A stretch of 64,000 bases of DNA from an uncultured virus (IMG/VR IMGVR_UViG_3300027782_000075). Its lineage: Duplodnaviria; Heunggongvirae; Uroviricota; Caudoviricetes. Of the stretch, positions 9,437 through 19,252 are shown piece after piece (within the stretch, counting starts at the first letter, position 1; each line of letters begins with the position of its first letter). The notes under the pieces are model-generated. The model searched no databases. It was not told where the DNA came from and saw only the letters and a program-made list of their open reading frames with translations. The stretch lies in IMG/VR virus record IMGVR_UViG_3300027782_000075; one strand, 5' to 3'. A program made the translations under genes and the position numbers.

Positions 9437-10765
9437 TTGAAAAGTTTGAAAATATTTTTGATGTTATTATTCATGGTATTAGTTTACCACGAGTCACAGG
9501 GGCAAGTTGTTACACAAACATACATTGACCCCTGTGATTCAAAAACTTATGTGGTATCCATACCCATACAATCTAACAATGGTGTATTAGTTGTAGTCAG
9601 AAACAAATCCAAAGTATTCAATTATCAACAATTTACCTCAGGAGAAGTAACCATTTGGATTAACGGAATTTTTTCAACTCCATGTCCCGCAAATGCGGTG
9701 GTAACACAAACTGTCACACAAGCTGTATCACAAGCCGCCTCCAACGCAGCATCGTCAGCGGCCTCATCTGCAGCATCTTCCGCAGCTTCATCCGCAGCAT
9801 CTTCATCAGCCTCCTCAACTGCGGCGTCTTCCGCAAGTAGTTCAACCCCTACATCCTCATCATCTTCTTCTTCATCTAGTTCGTCTAGTTCATCATCTCA
9901 ATCTTCTTCAGGAGAATCCTCATCATCTTCAAGTAGTAGTGAATCAAGTTCAAGTGAGTCAGGATCCAGTGAATCAAGTTCGAGTGAGGGTGGTTCCGAA
10001 GAAGGTGGTTCAGAAGGCGGAGATTCGGGAGAAAGTGAAGATGATAATTCAGATGGTAAAGGGAAAGGTGATAAAAAGAAAGTTGGTCCAGTGAATCCAA
10101 TGTTGGTTTCCTCAGACCTGACAACCGCACAGGGACCCGATTTGAAATATAGTGCCATCGCCTCCTTTGGCCTTAGTCAATCATCATTAGCAGGGAATGA
10201 AACATGGGGTGCAAACGCCATGATTTGGAGTACCTTAGACCAATTTGCTTTGGGTGGGGGATATACAAAAATGAATTTTCAACAAGGGAAATTAAACCAA
10301 ATCCACTCTTACTCATTCACCGCAGCTTACTTAGATGGAACTTATATGGGATTACTTGGATACACAAATATTAAACCAAGTGAAAAATATGGGACATACG
10401 GATATAACGTTGGTTTAATAACTTTATTGTTGAAAGATACTGAAGTTAATACTGAAACAAGAACAATTAAAAGAGTATTCAACTTATCTCTTGCCACCTC
10501 AGCGGTTGTATTTTGGACAAAACCATATGTCGTAAATACCAAACTTACATTATCTCCACAAGTCTTCTTAATGAACTCACCAATTTCATATAACCCTAAA
10601 ACAGGTGAATCAACGGTGAATAGACAATTTTCCTTCTTAGTCGGTTCATCATTTGACTATAAAATAAGTAAACGATTCGGATTGAGTATAAACTATAGAG
10701 CATTGGGTAACTCAAGTTCTCCAATACTTAGTAATTTCTTGATTGGATCAAGATTAATGTTATAA
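9437..10765 (+). CDS. Exported protein with Ser/Ala-rich linker and C-terminal outer-membrane beta-barrel-like domain
   Basis: Signal peptide, long poly-Ser linker, and amphipathic beta strands at the C-terminus. Confidence 0.6.
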   Translation: MKSLKIFLMLLFMVLVYHESQGQVVTQTYIDPCDSKTYVVSIPIQSNNGVLVVVRNKSKVFNYQQFTSGEVTIWINGIFSTPCPANAVVTQTVTQAVSQAASNAASSAASSAASSAASSAASSSASSTAASSASSSTPTSSSSSSSSSSSSSSSQSSSGESSSSSSSSESSSSESGSSESSSSEGGSEEGGSEGGDSGESEDDNSDGKGKGDKKKVGPVNPMLVSSDLTTAQGPDLKYSAIASFGLSQSSLAGNETWGANAMIWSTLDQFALGGGYTKMNFQQGKLNQIHSYSFTAAYLDGTYMGLLGYTNIKPSEKYGTYGYNVGLITLLLKDTEVNTETRTIKRVFNLSLATSAVVFWTKPYVVNTKLTLSPQVFLMNSPISYNPKTGESTVNRQFSFLVGSSFDYKISKRFGLSINYRALGNSSSPILSNFLIGSRLML

Positions 10766-10769
10766 CGAT

Positions 10770-11387
10770 ATGAAAAAAATATTTGACATCAGACACATAG
10801 TGATACTCCTAATGGTGGGTATAATAATATTCTTACAATTTTTCGTTCCTCCACAAATCGAAATAGAAGAAAAATTGGTTTATGATACAATACCTCAGGA
10901 AGTTATTTATGAAGTAGAGGTCGAAGTTCCATACGAGGTTGAAGTGGAGAAAATTGTTGAAGTACCAGCACCAACTCCACTTGTTGACACATCATTCATT
11001 CTACAGAAATATTACGTCAAAAACTTCAAATCAGACACAATAACATTGAATAATAATCAGGGGGTCATATATTTGTTTGACTCCATTTCACAAAATAAAG
11101 TTGTTTCAAGAAATTTTAGTGCTACCATCAAACCAAAAATAGTTAGAGAACCAGCGCCTGAACCATCGAAAGTTAGAAATCAAGTTTATGTGGGATTGAA
11201 CGGAGCTTTGAGTCATCAAGATTGGGTTAACTCACTCGGGACAAGTATATTGTTAAAAACAAAAGATGACAAAGTGTTCCAACTTGGCGGAGGAGTGGCA
11301 AATCGAACATTCGATGGTGTTACAGGTAAATTTTACCCATATGTGACAGGAGGAGTGTATTGGAAGTTAAAATTTAATAGAGAGTAA
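10770..11387 (+). CDS. N-terminally anchored envelope protein (possibly spanin-like)
   Basis: N-terminal TM, VEVEV repeats, and C-terminal beta strands ending GVYWKL. Confidence 0.5.
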   Translation: MKKIFDIRHIVILLMVGIIIFLQFFVPPQIEIEEKLVYDTIPQEVIYEVEVEVPYEVEVEKIVEVPAPTPLVDTSFILQKYYVKNFKSDTITLNNNQGVIYLFDSISQNKVVSRNFSATIKPKIVREPAPEPSKVRNQVYVGLNGALSHQDWVNSLGTSILLKTKDDKVFQLGGGVANRTFDGVTGKFYPYVTGGVYWKLKFNRE

Positions 11388-11413
11388 GAGTATTTATAAG
11401 AAATAACAACCCG

Positions 11414-12037
11414 ATGGATTTAAGAGAACTTATCAAAGAAACATTAGAAGAACATTTGAACAAATCTTTAATTATTAAAGAATCTGTTGAAGTTTCACAG
11501 TCATTGAAATATCATGTTGATAATGAGTTAACTTTAACTAATAATATTTTTCGTGCATACTCTGAAAGTTATTTTGATTTGGTGAATGAAGTTAGACAAT
11601 TGTGGGAGGAAGGTAAGATTGACCTTAACGAAGAAGATACTTTGATGGTGGAATCAGATTTGGGTAAGAAAGTATCAATCAAAGGTAAATTAATTTATCT
11701 TGATGCTCCATTCATTTACGAAGAAGAAGATGAGGAGGATGTTTTGGAAGAAGCAAAACATAGAGGCAAGAATGTTAAGTTAAATAAACCATTCAGAACT
11801 TCAGGTGGGCCGAAGAAATTCGCAGTTTATGTAAAATCAAAAAGTGGTGGGATAAAAAAAGTATCTTTTGGAGATCCGAATTTGAGAGTTAGAAATGCGA
11901 ATAAAAAGGCTGCAAAGTCATTCAGAGCAAGACACAAGTGTGACCAAAAGAAAGATAGAACTACGGCCGGTTATTGGAGTTGTTCAATCGGAAGATATGC
12001 CAAACAATTAGGTTTATCATCCTCAAATTCTTGGTAA
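11414..12037 (+). CDS. Conserved phage protein, probable head internal protein
   Basis: I/L-x-E motifs and a basic C-terminal domain (KKFAVYVK, SFRARHKC, AGYWSC). TATTTAT upstream. Confidence 0.65.
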   Translation: MDLRELIKETLEEHLNKSLIIKESVEVSQSLKYHVDNELTLTNNIFRAYSESYFDLVNEVRQLWEEGKIDLNEEDTLMVESDLGKKVSIKGKLIYLDAPFIYEEEDEEDVLEEAKHRGKNVKLNKPFRTSGGPKKFAVYVKSKSGGIKKVSFGDPNLRVRNANKKAAKSFRARHKCDQKKDRTTAGYWSCSIGRYAKQLGLSSSNSW

Positions 12038-12306
12038 TGGATTTTCCGTTTGAACAAGTTGAAAAAAACGGTAAACTGATTAGGACGTTTACTACCGATG
12101 TTGAAGTTGAAGAACTTAAATGGCATCAAGACCTTAAGGATAGAAATGTTACAGTAATAGAAGATGGTGGATGGTCATTCCAAATGGAAAATGAACTGCC
12201 AGTCAAATTGTTTAAGTCCAGTCAAATTCACATTCCTAAATTTGTTTGGCACAGAGTCATAAAAGGACCGGACCAATTAGTGGTCGAAATTGAAGAATTA
12301 GAATAG
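12037..12306 (+). CDS. Small cupin-like protein
   Basis: Motifs WHQD and IPKFVWHRVIKG. Start at MDFPF overlaps the previous stop. Confidence 0.6.
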   Translation: MDFPFEQVEKNGKLIRTFTTDVEVEELKWHQDLKDRNVTVIEDGGWSFQMENELPVKLFKSSQIHIPKFVWHRVIKGPDQLVVEIEELE

Positions 12307-12307
12307 A

Positions 12308-12688
12308 ATGGAACCATCAGATAAGTTGTGGAATAGAATAAATGAATTTTTGGAGAATCATATATTCCAAATTGATTCGGATTATAATTTCGATACAAAT
12401 TTCAAAATAAAACTAACAGGAACCAAAAACTATATTACGATTGGACAAGAAACAAAATTTATTCAATATACTTTGTATATCTTACCATCTAACAAACAGT
12501 CCGATTTATACTTCAGTATGTTCAAGAAACACACAGGTGAAGAAATAGATATTTCAACCACATCTACCATTTACGAAGTAATTAGGTATAAAATTGATAA
12601 GTTATTAAATCGTTTTTTGGAATTGTTCGGAGTAGACGAATACGTGATTTGTACAAAAGTAATTAATTTGGTCGAACTGGAAGATTAA
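12308..12688 (+). CDS. Hypothetical protein
   Basis: 126-aa ORF in operon. Confidence 0.6.
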   Translation: MEPSDKLWNRINEFLENHIFQIDSDYNFDTNFKIKLTGTKNYITIGQETKFIQYTLYILPSNKQSDLYFSMFKKHTGEEIDISTTSTIYEVIRYKIDKLLNRFLELFGVDEYVICTKVINLVELED

Positions 12689-12689
12689 C

Positions 12690-13310
12690 TTATTTTAATT
12701 TCTCTAAAACTCTCTTAACTGTTTCTGTTAAAGCCTGAGAACTCATCAATACAACACCTGACGCAATCAATCTTTCCGCAATCAAAATTGCCGCCTCATC
12801 GATATCTTGTGTTTCCATAATAACAGATTGAATGTCTGTAATAATAGGAATCATGAAACTATATGCTATGGTGTCTATAAATGATGAGGAACCAGTACCC
12901 ACAGAGGACATAAAATTTAAGAACGCTTCTTTCAACTGACTTCCTTTTCTTAATCCAACTTTGAAAATTTCTTCCAATCCCTCTTCTTTGATTACTGAAA
13001 ATAATTTCATGGACGGTCTTTTAGTTTCAAAAAATAATGAAAATGCTAAACCGGCTAAAACCAACATTCTTTGGTCTTCAGTTAAATCGAAATTTTGATT
13101 CCTTAAAAATTGGTCTAATGGAATCGCCATTCCACCCACAGCAGTACCCCAAGTTAGAAGCATTCTTAAATTAATGCCGTACGATTTGAATGCCCGATTT
13201 ACAATTTGTTTTGTAAATGTATTCAATTGTTTCATGTAGTTTCCAAGCATCGATTTTTCTTCTTCAGTAAGAAGTGCTCTTAGTTGAGATTCTGTAATTA
13301 AAAATTCCAT
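12690..13310 (-). CDS. Hypothetical protein, probable virion internal protein
   Basis: N-terminal LITESQ..LLTEE motif; TATTTAT upstream. Confidence 0.65.
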   Translation of the reverse strand: MEFLITESQLRALLTEEEKSMLGNYMKQLNTFTKQIVNRAFKSYGINLRMLLTWGTAVGGMAIPLDQFLRNQNFDLTEDQRMLVLAGLAFSLFFETKRPSMKLFSVIKEEGLEEIFKVGLRKGSQLKEAFLNFMSSVGTGSSSFIDTIAYSFMIPIITDIQSVIMETQDIDEAAILIAERLIASGVVLMSSQALTETVKRVLEKLK

Positions 13311-13343
13311 ATAACAATAAATATATTACTTATATTTATTGTT

Positions 13344-13571
13344 ATGAAAGGAACGTTGAATCCACCGTTAAAAGTCGGAGATAAAATTATATGTTATCAC
13401 TTGGAAGGAGAACTTGGAGTTCCTCCAGGAACATCAGGTAGAGTTACTAGTATTTCAAAAGATCCATTTGAGTTTGATTCGGATGAACAAATTATTGGTG
13501 TCGATTGGGAGAATGGAAGTAAACTAAGTATGATTAGTTCTACAGACGCTTGGAAAAAAATTAGTGAATAA
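13344..13571 (+). CDS. Small SH3-like hypothetical protein (DUF4314-like)
   Basis: Motifs VPPGTSGRV and VDWENGSKL. Confidence 0.55.
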   Translation: MKGTLNPPLKVGDKIICYHLEGELGVPPGTSGRVTSISKDPFEFDSDEQIIGVDWENGSKLSMISSTDAWKKISE

Positions 13572-13599
13572 GGAGAGGAGGAATACTCCTCTTCCCTAA

Positions 13600-13797
13600 T
13601 TATACAGTATGAAAGGATCGGACTTTCAAAAATGCCTTTCCGATTGATTCGTCAAGCAATTTTTCTAATTCCAAACTCGCATTCTTTTTTTCGGAATACT
13701 TTTTACTGAATAATATCTCTCGGAAAAATCCGTATCCATCGTAGTATCCATTAGTGTATGGATTATAAATTACAAATATTTTTTTACCTTTTTTCAT
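13600..13797 (-). CDS. Hypothetical protein
   Basis: ORF in tightly packed minus-strand operon. Confidence 0.5.
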   Translation of the reverse strand: MKKGKKIFVIYNPYTNGYYDGYGFFREILFSKKYSEKKNASLELEKLLDESIGKAFLKVRSFHTV

Positions 13798-13798
13798 T

Positions 13799-14035
13799 TT
13801 ACATAAAGTTTATAACAATTTTAGTTCCGTAATCATCTATTTTATATCCGATCCATCTATTATCAAGAGCAAAGTATTTGTTGAAGTTGAATATTGTAAT
13901 TTCTTGACCGTTGTAATAGGAGACCAATGAATTTAATGCGTAATCAATCGAATATCCTCCCTCCAACCTATGATTAAGTATGAGATTAGCGATATCAGGT
14001 TCAACATCTATATTAAGTAAAATGACAATCTGCAT
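13799..14035 (-). CDS. Hypothetical protein
   Basis: ORF in operon. Confidence 0.5.
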   Translation of the reverse strand: MQIVILLNIDVEPDIANLILNHRLEGGYSIDYALNSLVSYYNGQEITIFNFNKYFALDNRWIGYKIDDYGTKIVINFM

Positions 14036-14038
14036 AAT

Positions 14039-14353
14039 CTATTTAACTCTTGTAAAATATTCCATAGGGTAAGGGTAATCCAATTCAATATCCCATCCCT
14101 TATGTGTAGTGTTTATGAAAAGTAGGATGGAACTAGCTTTATCCCCATGTTTCATATCGAGTAGTCTAAAGGTGGCTTCCTTGACAAACTTTTTATTATC
14201 CAAAGAGTATTCAACATTAGTTAATTTTGCTACAGTATCTCCTTTATAAAGGATATACTCTTTGTAAGTAGTGAACCCTTCGGTGTTAGCCTTCTTTACT
14301 GTAGTACAAGAAGCTAAACTTAGAATCGAAAATAATAGAATTGTTTTTTTCAT
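14039..14353 (-). CDS. Putative lipoprotein
   Basis: Lipobox LASC. Confidence 0.7.
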   Translation of the reverse strand: MKKTILLFSILSLASCTTVKKANTEGFTTYKEYILYKGDTVAKLTNVEYSLDNKKFVKEATFRLLDMKHGDKASSILLFINTTHKGWDIELDYPYPMEYFTRVK

Positions 14354-14379
14354 AATAATAGAATTGTTTTTTTTATAAA

Positions 14380-15498
14380 TTAATTTGATAATGGGGCTTT
14401 TATGGCTTTATGTGATTGATAATTTAATAACTCGAAGCATTCTGGTCTATAAGACATGATTTTTTCGGTGAATGTTTTTTCTCCAAAATGTTCTTTTACT
14501 TTTTCATGTTGGTACCAATTTCTTTCCGTGATTTGAACTTTGGGCAAATCATAAGGTCTTCTATGCATTTGTTCTTTTGCTTGTTCAATATGGTTTGAAT
14601 ACAAATGAACATCACCTAAGTTTCCAATCAATTCATCAGGAATCATATTGACTTCTTTCGCAATTATTTCAAGTAACAGAGCATAAGAAGCAATATTGAA
14701 TGGTAACCCCAAGAATGTATCAACAGAACGTTGATTCCACATAAGAGAGATTGATCTTTTAGGAACAGGATATAATTTATCTATATCATCATGTTCAATG
14801 TTTGCCATCGGTAATCCAAAATCAAATGGGTCAAATGTATCATAAGTTTTTGCCGCTAAATCTAACCTTTCTCCAACCCGCAACTCTCTTGTATACATTT
14901 GAAATCCATAATGACAAGGTGGAAGAACCATTTCGTCTAATTGACCCACATTCCAAGCACTTACCATTAATCTTCTACTATCTGGATTTGTTTTAAGTTG
15001 TTCAATCAATAATCTAATTTGGTCTACATATATGGGGAAAGAGTCATTTGGTCCTACGCTATGCAATGTCCAATTTCTCCATTGTGCCCCATAAATTGGG
15101 CCCAAATCACCCCACTTCTTAGCAAACTCATCATCTGTTTTGATACGATTGATGAATTCTTTCTGTGTATGTGGTGTCAAATCTTCACCACAATCTTCTA
15201 CCATTGGTCTCCAATTAAACCAATATCGCTTATACGCATCTCCATCCCAAATATGACAATCATAATCCAATAAGAATTTGATATTAGTATCCCCACGTAG
15301 AAACCACAGGAGTTCCGTGACCATAGTTTTCCATGCCATCTTCTTTGTGGTTAGTAACGGAAACCCTTCACTCATCTTATGACGCATTTGTCTACCAAAA
15401 ACGGAAAGGGTACCAGTACCTGTTCTATCTTTTTTCTCAACACCATTATCTAAAATGTCTTTGAGTAGTTGTTGATATTGTCTTTCTATATTAATCAT
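14380..15498 (-). CDS. thyA: Thymidylate synthase
   Basis: Motifs DRTGTGT, ELLWFLRG, LPPCH, QRSVDTFLGLPFNIASY and HLYSNH. Confidence 0.97.
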   Translation of the reverse strand: MINIERQYQQLLKDILDNGVEKKDRTGTGTLSVFGRQMRHKMSEGFPLLTTKKMAWKTMVTELLWFLRGDTNIKFLLDYDCHIWDGDAYKRYWFNWRPMVEDCGEDLTPHTQKEFINRIKTDDEFAKKWGDLGPIYGAQWRNWTLHSVGPNDSFPIYVDQIRLLIEQLKTNPDSRRLMVSAWNVGQLDEMVLPPCHYGFQMYTRELRVGERLDLAAKTYDTFDPFDFGLPMANIEHDDIDKLYPVPKRSISLMWNQRSVDTFLGLPFNIASYALLLEIIAKEVNMIPDELIGNLGDVHLYSNHIEQAKEQMHRRPYDLPKVQITERNWYQHEKVKEHFGEKTFTEKIMSYRPECFELLNYQSHKAIKAPLSN

Positions 15499-15800
15499 TT
15501 TTCAAAATCACTAAATTTTAATCCCCACATTAACGAAACCATTCCCATTTCTCTTTCGCATAAGGTTTTATTCCAACGAAATACTCGTTTCATATAATCC
15601 ATACCCCACTTTTTCCATTCCTCATTTTGTTCCATGGTCATTGTCCATTGGGCATACCAATCATCTTTTCTATCCTTTACATCATCGTAGGTTACTTGGT
15701 ACCCTGCGATTTCAAACATTTTGTTGATTACATCTACAACAAATTGTTCTTGTTTCTGTTTTGTAGTCAATCGTTTTGTCATAATTTTATAGTTTACCAA
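15495..15800 (-). CDS. Hypothetical protein
   Basis: ORF overlapping the thyA start. Confidence 0.6.
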   Translation of the reverse strand: MVNYKIMTKRLTTKQKQEQFVVDVINKMFEIAGYQVTYDDVKDRKDDWYAQWTMTMEQNEEWKKWGMDYMKRVFRWNKTLCEREMGMVSLMWGLKFSDFEK

Positions 15801-16025
15801 ATTGTTGGTGATTTTGTTGAATATAATTGGAAATGGAGAATCCTAACCAAATCTCTTTTAGAATAACCTTAATCTTTTGAATCATCTTTTTCATCTTCGT
15901 CTTCATCGAATAAATCATATCCTTTGTAATCAGGATGATTTTTATGCATGTAATCTATACCTCTTACCCACAGAAAAGAAATAACGATGGGAGTTATAAG
16001 TAAAAAGAAAATCGCTACTAATATT

Positions 16026-16676
16026 TCAACTGATATAGTCATAAACATCTTCGTTTGTTTTATCCATCAAATCATTATACTGTTTTACAAGTCGGTTTAC
16101 ATCTCCCCAAATAATATTGGCATTTGGGTCAAGTTCCTTGATTTGTTCCGCCAATTCCTTTTGTCTTCCTTGAGAAAAATATTCTCCTTCTATTGCGTTT
16201 GCCAGATTATGAAGATGTTCAGGAGCACTTATTGAAATTCTCAAATCATAATCCGCCCACTTTGTTTTATAATCATTCATCATGATACCTTTGGTCAGTT
16301 TCACTTTCAAATTATGTAAAGTTAGGTTACGAACTCTGATAATAGAATTATCTGACCCAAACAAGTGCAAGAAACGAAGAAACCATCTTGGGCAACCTTT
16401 AGGTTTCGCTTCGTAATCCATTGCTAGTACCAAAGGGTACATTGCTTTGAATACAGTTCCGAGTTCTATGTAAGGTACAGAACCCAAATATTTATACTTC
16501 TCGTAAAAATTTTCTGGAAAAAATACTGCACGAATATCGTCCAAAGTAATATCTCTGGTATAAATCATTCCTTTTTTTCTACCTCTCCAAAATAGAAGGC
16601 TTTGTAGAAAATTCAAAGCTTTCTCATCAAAAGGTCTATTGTCCTTGAATGGACCGAATTTACTAGTTGTTTTCAT
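16026..16676 (-). CDS. Hypothetical protein
   Basis: 216-aa ORF in operon. Confidence 0.65.
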   Translation of the reverse strand: MKTTSKFGPFKDNRPFDEKALNFLQSLLFWRGRKKGMIYTRDITLDDIRAVFFPENFYEKYKYLGSVPYIELGTVFKAMYPLVLAMDYEAKPKGCPRWFLRFLHLFGSDNSIIRVRNLTLHNLKVKLTKGIMMNDYKTKWADYDLRISISAPEHLHNLANAIEGEYFSQGRQKELAEQIKELDPNANIIWGDVNRLVKQYNDLMDKTNEDVYDYIS

Positions 16677-16995
16677 TTTGTTTAGATAGTTTATTTTCTA
16701 ATTTACTTATTTTTTTCCCAAAAAGTTTGAATATTTTATATCTGATGTTTTCTACGTGTCTCATCGCAATCCACTTTCCAATAACACTACCACCAACGTA
16801 AAATGGAATAACCCACCAATCACCTTCAAACAGAAGGTCCAATGACCAATAAACTGTTGCTAAGGAGACTAAGTTAATGTAAACAGAATTATATAACAAT
16901 AGAGTCAACCTGTTCTCGTACGTGTATTTTATCTCCAACACCTTAAAGATATTGAACATAATTTGAAACACCAAAACCAAAAGATAATATTTCAT
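16663..16995 (-). CDS. Small multi-pass membrane protein
   Basis: Three hydrophobic segments. Confidence 0.6.
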   Translation of the reverse strand: MKYYLLVLVFQIMFNIFKVLEIKYTYENRLTLLLYNSVYINLVSLATVYWSLDLLFEGDWWVIPFYVGGSVIGKWIAMRHVENIRYKIFKLFGKKISKLENKLSKQNENN

Positions 16996-17213
16996 AATTT
17001 ATTTTGGTTCTCCCATTCTTCGATGATGTAGTTTATGTTGTCGGATAGATAATCTTGTTTTGATAACCATTCAATGAATTCTTTAGTCCCCAAATCATAA
17101 GATTGTTCCATACATTTTTCAACTGAATTTCTATCAAAAAATCCAGTATGCACAATGTGATTATTTAATATTTTTTCTAAACTCGGTTTCATGATTCGAT
17201 TTCTTTTTGCCAA
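16992..17213 (-). CDS. Hypothetical protein
   Basis: ORF in operon. Confidence 0.5.
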   Translation of the reverse strand: MAKRNRIMKPSLEKILNNHIVHTGFFDRNSVEKCMEQSYDLGTKEFIEWLSKQDYLSDNINYIIEEWENQNKL

Positions 17214-18244
17214 AATGGTCTACTGTACTCCGGTTTTATTAATTTCCAAATAAATGGAGAAACGTCTTTCCCGTTCAACATACTGAATAATATTGATGGA
17301 TGGTCATATCCTTTCGCATTCTCAGCAAAATCCTTTTGTTCTAAATTATTTGATTTCAGTTCATTGAAGATTTCAGTGTAATCTTTGAGTATATTTTCAT
17401 ATCTGGCAACCAAATCTTTAACCGTAGTTTTCACCCAAGAATCAAATTCATCAGGGACTCTGTCCAACAATACATTCAAGTCCTTATTGTCTTTCAAATA
17501 TTCCCAAATGTCCACATTTGAAAACTCGGTCAATAATCTGTGAAGATAAACGTAATCTTCACCCTTTATCTTCATTCTAAGACCACTTCTGAATTTAACA
17601 ACATAACCCTCCCTTTCTTTGGAGATAGAGGATTTGAGGTTCTTATAATCTTGAATTCCGTCGTATTTTTTGATTACAGGTAATCCCGTTTCTTTATTTA
17701 TCAATAATAATGAATCATGTTCGAGTTCTTTGCCATTAGCATTACTAATCATCGACAAAACAACCAAAGATTCATCACTACCGTAATCACATACAATTCT
17801 ATTCTGAGGGTAGATTATTTCGACTAAAGTAGTATATCCTTTCGGGATAGGCTCCACATTATACTTCTCATCTAATATTTGTCTTGCTCTTATTGATTGT
17901 GAAGAAGTAAATGACCCTTTACTAGCGATAATCCATTTACCTTGATACCAAAACAAAATACCTAAAGATCCATCAAGTTTTTCATATACTTCGAAATCTT
18001 CGTTGGGAATTTCTTGAGGGGAATGTTCTTCCAAATTGAAAAACTTATCAAATGATTTTGCTATCACATTACCTTGATTGTCCAAAATTAATCCTCTACA
18101 ACTTTTGGTGATATTATCCCACAATTTTTCGTATTGGGTTTTTCTGGTGTAGTTGTATATAGATAAAGAAAGGGTTGGATGGTCATTTTTGACCACCAAA
18201 CCCTTTTCAATGTAATCATTCAATATGTTTAAGTCGAAGTTCAT
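17189..18244 (-). CDS. RNA ligase (T4 Rnl1-like)
   Basis: Motifs CRGLIL, FDKFFN, motif I EKLDGS, EGYVV and KIKGEDY. Confidence 0.88.
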   Translation of the reverse strand: MNFDLNILNDYIEKGLVVKNDHPTLSLSIYNYTRKTQYEKLWDNITKSCRGLILDNQGNVIAKSFDKFFNLEEHSPQEIPNEDFEVYEKLDGSLGILFWYQGKWIIASKGSFTSSQSIRARQILDEKYNVEPIPKGYTTLVEIIYPQNRIVCDYGSDESLVVLSMISNANGKELEHDSLLLINKETGLPVIKKYDGIQDYKNLKSSISKEREGYVVKFRSGLRMKIKGEDYVYLHRLLTEFSNVDIWEYLKDNKDLNVLLDRVPDEFDSWVKTTVKDLVARYENILKDYTEIFNELKSNNLEQKDFAENAKGYDHPSILFSMLNGKDVSPFIWKLIKPEYSRPFWQKEIES

Positions 18245-18444
18245 TTTTTTTCAGTACCCCTAAAGATACGAAAAAAAAGTAGATAAAACACAAGTGAAAT
18301 TAAAATTCCTCCCAAAATTGTCGAGATTGTCGAAACAAAAAAATTTGTAGATTCCGTCAATGGTATAAGAGAAAAAACTAAAAAGATTCCCAACAAAAGT
18401 GGTGGCAAAAATCTTTTGATTAAAATTACAATTTTTTTCGTCAT
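18241..18444 (-). CDS. Small two-TM protein
   Basis: Hydrophobic ORF in operon. Confidence 0.5.
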   Translation of the reverse strand: MTKKIVILIKRFLPPLLLGIFLVFSLIPLTESTNFFVSTISTILGGILISLVFYLLFFRIFRGTEKK

Positions 18445-18447
18445 AAT

Positions 18448-18672
18448 TTAATTTTGGATTAGCATGTTTGTATTAGAGACTGGAAATCTACCTACAGGTA
18501 CTCTTATCTCTCCTTCTTCACTTGCTTGTTTAACCATGACTTCGTAGTATGTGTCCAAAACTTTTACGGTTGGAACGTCTTGGAAAGTATAAAGAATTTT
18601 TGAATGATGTTCTCCTTCGTAAACTACGACGGATTTTGTTTTTGTGTTGAAAATTAGTGTTTGTAGTGCCAT
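18448..18672 (-). CDS. Hypothetical protein
   Basis: ORF in operon. Confidence 0.6.
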   Translation of the reverse strand: MALQTLIFNTKTKSVVVYEGEHHSKILYTFQDVPTVKVLDTYYEVMVKQASEEGEIRVPVGRFPVSNTNMLIQN

Positions 18673-18683
18673 ATTTTTTTATT

Positions 18684-18872
18684 TTAGTAATATTGTTTTT
18701 GTATAACTATTCCGTAAGCAAAATTATAAAAAGAAACATTAAGACCAAAGGCCGGAGTGTTTACTCCTGATTCCAAGAAGTAATATTGATCATACCAAAT
18801 AGATATACAGGGAATTAACCAATATTTTCCTATAACTTTTCTAAGTTTACTGTGATTTACTTTCCATTTCAT
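18684..18872 (-). CDS. Hypothetical protein
   Basis: ORF in operon. Confidence 0.45.
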   Translation of the reverse strand: MKWKVNHSKLRKVIGKYWLIPCISIWYDQYYFLESGVNTPAFGLNVSFYNFAYGIVIQKQYY

Positions 18873-18902
18873 ATTGTTCTTTTTTATAAAGATAAGAAAA
18901 AA

Positions 18903-19157
18903 TTACTCAGAAACCAAAAATACTGGATTTTGTTCACCAGCATAAAGCCCGATGATGTTATAATCAAAAAATTCCATCGCTTCAGTCATAGTCATTAAAT
19001 CTCTTTCACATAAAATGTTAAGGATTTTGTTTTTGGAATAAAGGATGCGAGGTCCGTTTCCGAACTCCTCAACAATCCCAATGATTGCCTCGTCAAGTCC
19101 ATCAAGGATGATGGCACCTTCAGCGTATTCGTGGATGTCGTAGTCGTTGATTGTCAT
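18903..19157 (-). CDS. Conserved hypothetical phage protein
   Basis: Motifs DGLDEAIIG and EFFDYNIIG.Y.GE..P. Confidence 0.7.
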   Translation of the reverse strand: MTINDYDIHEYAEGAIILDGLDEAIIGIVEEFGNGPRILYSKNKILNILCERDLMTMTEAMEFFDYNIIGLYAGEQNPVFLVSE

Positions 19158-19169
19158 AGTAGTTAAATA

Positions 19170-19244
19170 ACAAGTGAGCCCGTAAACTGAGGCGATAAAT
19201 AAATTACCAAGATACTATCGGATGAAAATACGGAACTCACTTGT
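19170..19244 (-). ncRNA. Hairpin leader or small RNA with loop antisense to late-gene start regions
   Basis: Stems ACAAGTGAG/CTCACTTGT and CCGTA/TACGG. 19205-19229 matches 5165-5189 at 24/25 nt. Confidence 0.6.
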
Positions 19245-19252
19245 ATATTACA

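Noticed and set aside
14380..15498. Intron or intein in thyA, terminase or capsid genes
   Set aside because: Frames are continuous. The extra length is short insertions without intein terminal motifs.
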